DNA of 32,000 bases from Acaryochloris marina S15. GTDB lineage: Bacteria > Cyanobacteriota > Cyanobacteriia > Thermosynechococcales > Thermosynechococcaceae. Of this stretch, positions 28,545-32,000 are shown in pieces (the stretch's first letter is position 1; the number at the start of each line of letters is the position of its first letter). The notes under the pieces were generated by a model. It worked only from the letters and a program-made list of their open reading frames with translations. It did not search any database and was not told the DNA's origin. Location of the stretch: the NCBI RefSeq assembly GCF_018336915.1, contig NZ_CP064923.1:4710001-4742000 (forward strand), written 5' to 3'. Both the position numbers and the translations under genes were made by a program.

Positions 28545-29060
28545 TTAAGACGCATGAACAGTGCGCAATGCAGCTCCTGATCTGCCGCCATGAGAAGATT
28601 GCGGAGGAATATGAATCTTAAACTCATGGCGTAAATCGCAAAGGCGTTGATCCAAATAAGCCGCATACTCTTCAGCAGGCCAACGACGCTTCATTCGTAG
28701 TGCCCGAAGTACAGTTATCAAGATCTGGGGAATGCTTCGCACCCAGGTCTTAATCAAATGTCGATGGCCAATCTCTGCCAGTACACTCCGATGATCTGGG
28801 TGGCGATTGACTTGATGCATTGCTTGTAACGACACGGTTGTCCCCAAAGCGGTCCAAATATGGGCAATAATCTCTCCCCCTAAATGAGTGGGACAGCCAA
28901 ACAGGACATGAATCGCATCATGCATATCAATGTCGGTTAGCAATTCCGGCGCAACTGTTTCTGATGCATCATTCTCCACCACTTCAACTTGGTGAAATTC
29001 ATAAATCCCTTGGCGTAGGGTTTGGGTGGATTGGGGGTTGAGATAGTTGAATGAAGCCAT
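28545..29060 (-). CDS. Coq4-family protein (HDxxH-x11-E metal-binding motif)
   Basis: DMHDAIHVLFGCPTHLGGEIIAHIW aligns with the remembered human COQ4 segment [23 protein letters not shown]. The HDxxH-(x)11-E spacing is exact. At 171 aa it is shorter than eukaryotic Coq4. Confidence 0.65.
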   Translation of the reverse strand: MASFNYLNPQSTQTLRQGIYEFHQVEVVENDASETVAPELLTDIDMHDAIHVLFGCPTHLGGEIIAHIWTALGTTVSLQAMHQVNRHPDHRSVLAEIGHRHLIKTWVRSIPQILITVLRALRMKRRWPAEEYAAYLDQRLCDLRHEFKIHIPPQSSHGGRSGAALRTVHAS

Positions 29061-29177
29061 GCCATGTACCTCGAATAACTCAACAAAATAAGGAGACAGG
29101 CGATATACCGCTGTAATGCTTCTCTCTGGAAGGGTAGCCTGCTTTCAGCATAGTGGATTCTGAAATTAAGGATAGAG

Positions 29178-30581
29178 CTATCCGATGGAACTCGCGACCT
29201 TAGCTTCCGTAACCCCCAGTTTTTCTAAAGCCACAGCCGCTTTAAAAATCGTGTTCTCATCGTAGGGACGGGCGATCAGCTGGATACCAACGGGCAGTTG
29301 ATCTGGCAGGAAGATCGGCACTGAGAGCACGGGCAAGCCAATAAAAGAGAGGGGTTGGGTGTAATGGCCAAGATGAGGACGAATGGGTACTGTTTGTCCG
29401 TCTAGTTCCATTGTCGTTTGATCGATCAAGGGGGCAGGGCAAGGAGTCGTAGGAGCAATAATCAGATCTACAGTCTTGAAAATCTCTCGAACCTGATCAC
29501 GATACCAACGGCGAAAACGCTGGGCTTGGAGGTACCAGCTATTGGGCATCATCGCTCCGGCGACAAAGCGATCGCGGGTGGCAGGGTCAAAATCCTGTAG
29601 GCGGGTTTGTAATCGCTGCAAGTGGAGCTGGCTGCCTTCGCTGGCGGTAATTAGGTAAGCGGCGGCCCTGGCCCGAGCCGATTCAGGTAAGGTCACAGTC
29701 TGAGTGACTTGTAATGCGGACGATACTTTTTCTAGGGCTTGGGCCACAGTGGCAGTCATACCTTGGGAGAAATACTCGGTTGCGATGGTCTTCGACCGGC
29801 CTGTGGCCATCGCAACTCGTATCCCGGTCATATCCCCGGATAAATCAGGTGCAATCGGTGGACGATCCGTACAAATGGGGTCACGAGAGTCCGGCCCTTG
29901 AAGCACCTCAAAGGCTAGGGCAATATCTTCCACAGAGCGGGCAAAGGGACCAATATGATCCAAACTGCTAGAGAACAAATAGGCTCCTGCCCGAGACAGA
30001 CGACCATAGGTGGGTTTGAAACCATAGACCCCACAGAGCGACGCTGGCACCCGAATCGAGCCATTCGTATCTGAACCTAAGGTCAGCGGCACGAGACCAG
30101 CCGCTACAGATGCCGCCGATCCACCAGAGGAGCCACCGGACATTCGAGACGGATCGTGGGGATTGGGGGTGACACCATAGTGATGATTGAGAGTGACAAA
30201 GCCATAGGCATATTCATCCATATTTAGTGCCCCTACTAGAATTGCACCTGCAGCTTTTAGTCGGGCTACAGCGGTTGAATCTTGGGTAGCGGGTGTATGA
30301 CTTTGATTAATTTTGGACCCGGCCAAGGTGACGGTTCCAGCAATATCAAACAGGTTTTTAACTGCAAAGGGCACCCCTGCTAGAGGGCCTACGGTTTCTC
30401 CTGCAGCCAGCTGACGATCAAGGGTTTCTGCTGCGGTTAAGGCAGATGAACCTAGGAGTGTGGTGAAACAATTGTGATTCTCTTGGTTAGAAATTTGCGT
30501 CAATGCTGCCTTAACGACAGACGTTGCCGAGCGCTCTTTAGTTTTGACCTGGTGGGCAATTTGGGCCGCCGTCAAACTCAT
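29178..30581 (-). CDS. Amidase-signature enzyme, AtzE-like (GatA-related) amidohydrolase
   Basis: AS signature GGSSGGSAASVAAG. Catalytic Lys context is PFAVKNLFDIAG, and the cis-Ser/Ser context is GSDTNGSIRVPASLCG. The start overlaps the stop of the small upstream ORF (ATGA). Confidence 0.85.
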   Translation of the reverse strand: MSLTAAQIAHQVKTKERSATSVVKAALTQISNQENHNCFTTLLGSSALTAAETLDRQLAAGETVGPLAGVPFAVKNLFDIAGTVTLAGSKINQSHTPATQDSTAVARLKAAGAILVGALNMDEYAYGFVTLNHHYGVTPNPHDPSRMSGGSSGGSAASVAAGLVPLTLGSDTNGSIRVPASLCGVYGFKPTYGRLSRAGAYLFSSSLDHIGPFARSVEDIALAFEVLQGPDSRDPICTDRPPIAPDLSGDMTGIRVAMATGRSKTIATEYFSQGMTATVAQALEKVSSALQVTQTVTLPESARARAAAYLITASEGSQLHLQRLQTRLQDFDPATRDRFVAGAMMPNSWYLQAQRFRRWYRDQVREIFKTVDLIIAPTTPCPAPLIDQTTMELDGQTVPIRPHLGHYTQPLSFIGLPVLSVPIFLPDQLPVGIQLIARPYDENTIFKAAVALEKLGVTEAKVASSIG

Positions 30582-30790
30582 GGTTCAAACTGAGGCGCAG
30601 CCTCTAAGGTATCGGGCAAAGGAAAGTCTAGGACAGGCTGAGCAATCCTGTGAATCTGCTCAAAGCTCTCAACCACACCTGGGAGCTGATCTGAGGGAAT
30701 AGATAGCCCTAATAGCTTGGCCACCTCGGTCACATACGCTGAGTTAAAAGCATCCGAACCATCGGATGTTGAAGCTGGAAGCTTTGACAT
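30578..30790 (-). CDS. AtzG-like small protein (DUF4089; GatC-like partner of the AtzE-type amidase)
   Basis: The 70-aa product from the internal ATG at 30790 is MSKLPASTSDGSDAFNSAYVTEVAKLLGLSIPSDQLPGVVESFEQIHRIAQPVLDFPLPDTLEAAPQFEP. It matches the remembered DUF4089 pattern (...LGL.i......GV..nF.ri......l..FPLPD..EpAPvF.P). The longer 106-aa track ORF has an implausible Arg/Trp-rich N-terminus. Confidence 0.65.
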   Translation of the reverse strand: MSKLPASTSDGSDAFNSAYVTEVAKLLGLSIPSDQLPGVVESFEQIHRIAQPVLDFPLPDTLEAAPQFEP

Positions 30791-30949
30791 GGGGTAGGTC
30801 TGAAGAGTCAACAGGTCTAGAATAGCGAACCTATAGACAGATCGAGTGCGCCAGTTTCCCCAGCTTCGAAGGAAAGAGCGCCCCAGGGATGTCCTCAATT
30901 CTGCTCATAATAGAAGAAGTGCATAACGACTATCGCCCCAAAGGAATCC

Positions 30950-32000
30950 ATGGCTAGAGACCTGAGAAAATTTATCCAACGCCTCGAAGAACGAGGACAG
31001 CTACAGCGCATCAAAGCCTTGGTGGATCCCGAACTGGAAATTGCAGAAATTTCGGATCGGATGTTGCAGCAGGGTGGGCCAGGACTGGTGTTCGAGAACG
31101 TCAAAGGCTCTGACTATCCCGTGGCGGTGAACTTGTTGGGCACTGTGGAGCGCACCTGCTGGGCGATGAATATGGAGTCCCAATCCGAACTAGAGGATCT
31201 GGGCAAAAAGTTAGCGATGCTTCAGCAGCCCAAGCCGCCGAAGAAGCTGAACCAGTTTATCGACTTTGGCAAAGTCCTGTTTGATGTGGTCAAGGCCAAA
31301 CCCCAGCGAGATTTGCTGCCCCCTTGCCACCAGGTAGTGCTGAAAGATGAGCAAGTGGATTTAAATAAAATCCCCATGATTCAGCCCTATATCGGCGATG
31401 GCGGCAAGGTCGTCACCTTTGGTCTAGTGATTACCAAGGACTGTGAAACGGGGACGCCCAATGTGGGGGTGTATCGTCTACAGTTGCAGTCTAAGAACAC
31501 CATGACGGTGCAGTGGCTGTCGGTACGGGGCGGCGCACGGCATTTACGCAAAGCAGCAGAGCAGGGGAAAAAGCTAGAGATTGCGATCGCAATCGGTATC
31601 GACCCCCTAATCATCATGGCCGCAGCCACGCCTATCCCCGTAGATCTCTCAGAATGGTTATTTGCCGGACTCTATGGTGGGAGTGGGGTTCATCTAGCCA
31701 AGTGCAAAACGGTGGACTTAGAAGTGCCCGCCCAAAGTGAATTTGTGTTGGAAGGTACGATCACTCCGGGTGAAACGGGTGTAGATGGTCCCTTTGGCGA
31801 TCATATGGGCTACTACGGCGGTATCAATGAGGCCGCCCCACTGATTCGGTTTCATTGCATGACCCACCGCAAAGATCCCATCTATCTGACTACCTTTAGC
31901 GGTCGCCCTCCCAAAGAAGAAGCCATGATGGCCATTGCCCTCAACCGGATTTACACGCCGATTTTGCGACAGCAGGTGTCAGAAATTGTGGACTTCTTTT
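30950..32000 (+). CDS. ubiD: UbiD-family (prFMN-dependent) aromatic decarboxylase, N-terminal ~350 aa; the gene continues past the right window edge
   Basis: My manual translation is open from ATG 30950 to the window end: MARDLRKFIQRLEERGQLQRIKALVDPELEIAEISDRMLQQGGPGLVFENVKG...NVGVYRLQL...GPFGDHMGYYGG. This is a classic UbiD N-terminus with the FGDH.GYY block. It is absent from the track because no stop lies inside the window. Confidence 0.88.
   Translation, partial: MARDLRKFIQRLEERGQLQRIKALVDPELEIAEISDRMLQQGGPGLVFENVKGSDYPVAVNLLGTVERTCWAMNMESQSELEDLGKKLAMLQQPKPPKKLNQFIDFGKVLFDVVKAKPQRDLLPPCHQVVLKDEQVDLNKIPMIQPYIGDGGKVVTFGLVITKDCETGTPNVGVYRLQLQSKNTMTVQWLSVRGGARHLRKAAEQGKKLEIAIAIGIDPLIIMAAATPIPVDLSEWLFAGLYGGSGVHLAKCKTVDLEVPAQSEFVLEGTITPGETGVDGPFGDHMGYYGGINEAAPLIRFHCMTHRKDPIYLTTFSGRPPKEEAMMAIALNRIYTPILRQQVSEIVDFF

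Noticed and set aside
30895-31740. Track ORFs 30895..31104(-), 31001..31183(-), 31387..31629(-) and 31513..31740(+)
   Set aside because: All lie inside, or antisense to, the uninterrupted UbiD reading frame that starts at 30950. Their compositions are Arg/Cys/Ser-rich, typical of off-frame translation.
1-32000. CRISPR arrays, IS elements/transposases, integrases, toxin-antitoxin pairs, and known defence-system genes
   Set aside because: I scanned the translations and intergenic regions. I saw no regularly spaced direct repeats, no DDE/HUH/tyrosine-recombinase-like ORFs, and no terminal inverted repeats flanking any block. The Uma2 and DUF29 genes are widespread cyanobacterial families, not evidence of a mobile island.

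Overview
This window looks like core chromosome from a HIP1-rich (GCGATCGC) cyanobacterium. It is densely packed with housekeeping and photosynthesis genes on both strands. I found no rRNA, tRNA, CRISPR array, transposase, integrase or phage genes.

Confident calls:
- Photosystem II locus: psbB (CP47) followed by psbT, with a divergent 2Fe-2S ferredoxin-like gene and psbM. psbT and psbM are under 60 aa and so absent from the ORF track.
- Housekeeping genes: proA, murQ, asnS, glgA, rimM, and a long-form cbiX chelatase with a His-rich tail.
- Other enzymes and families: CrtD-type carotenoid desaturase, RRM-type RNA-binding protein, Wza/KpsD-like polysaccharide exporter, BI-1/YccA membrane protein, AvtA-like aminotransferase, aldo/keto reductase, two GNAT acetyltransferases, HAD hydrolase, SAM methyltransferase.
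- Families typically expanded in cyanobacteria: pentapeptide repeat, DUF29, Uma2.
- A UbiD-family decarboxylase starts at 30950 and runs off the right edge.
- Several clean bidirectional Rho-independent terminators sit between convergent genes.

No obvious mobile or defence island is present. The most interesting material:
1. A minus-strand gene run (30790 to 27258), divergent from ubiD. It encodes an AtzG-like small subunit, an AtzE-like amidase, a Coq4-family HDxxH-x11-E protein, a GNAT and a small atypical kinase. The Coq4 homologue close to ubiD is a candidate for the unassigned hydroxylation step of plastoquinone head-group synthesis.
2. A CP47 that keeps all the chlorophyll-ligand histidines I can recall but is unusually divergent, despite sitting in the canonical psbB-psbT context.
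3. A translationally coupled cassette of uncharacterised proteins (5645 to 4039).
4. A roughly 450 bp AT-rich non-coding island (14359-14808).

All functional calls come from reading the translations against remembered family motifs. No database search was run.
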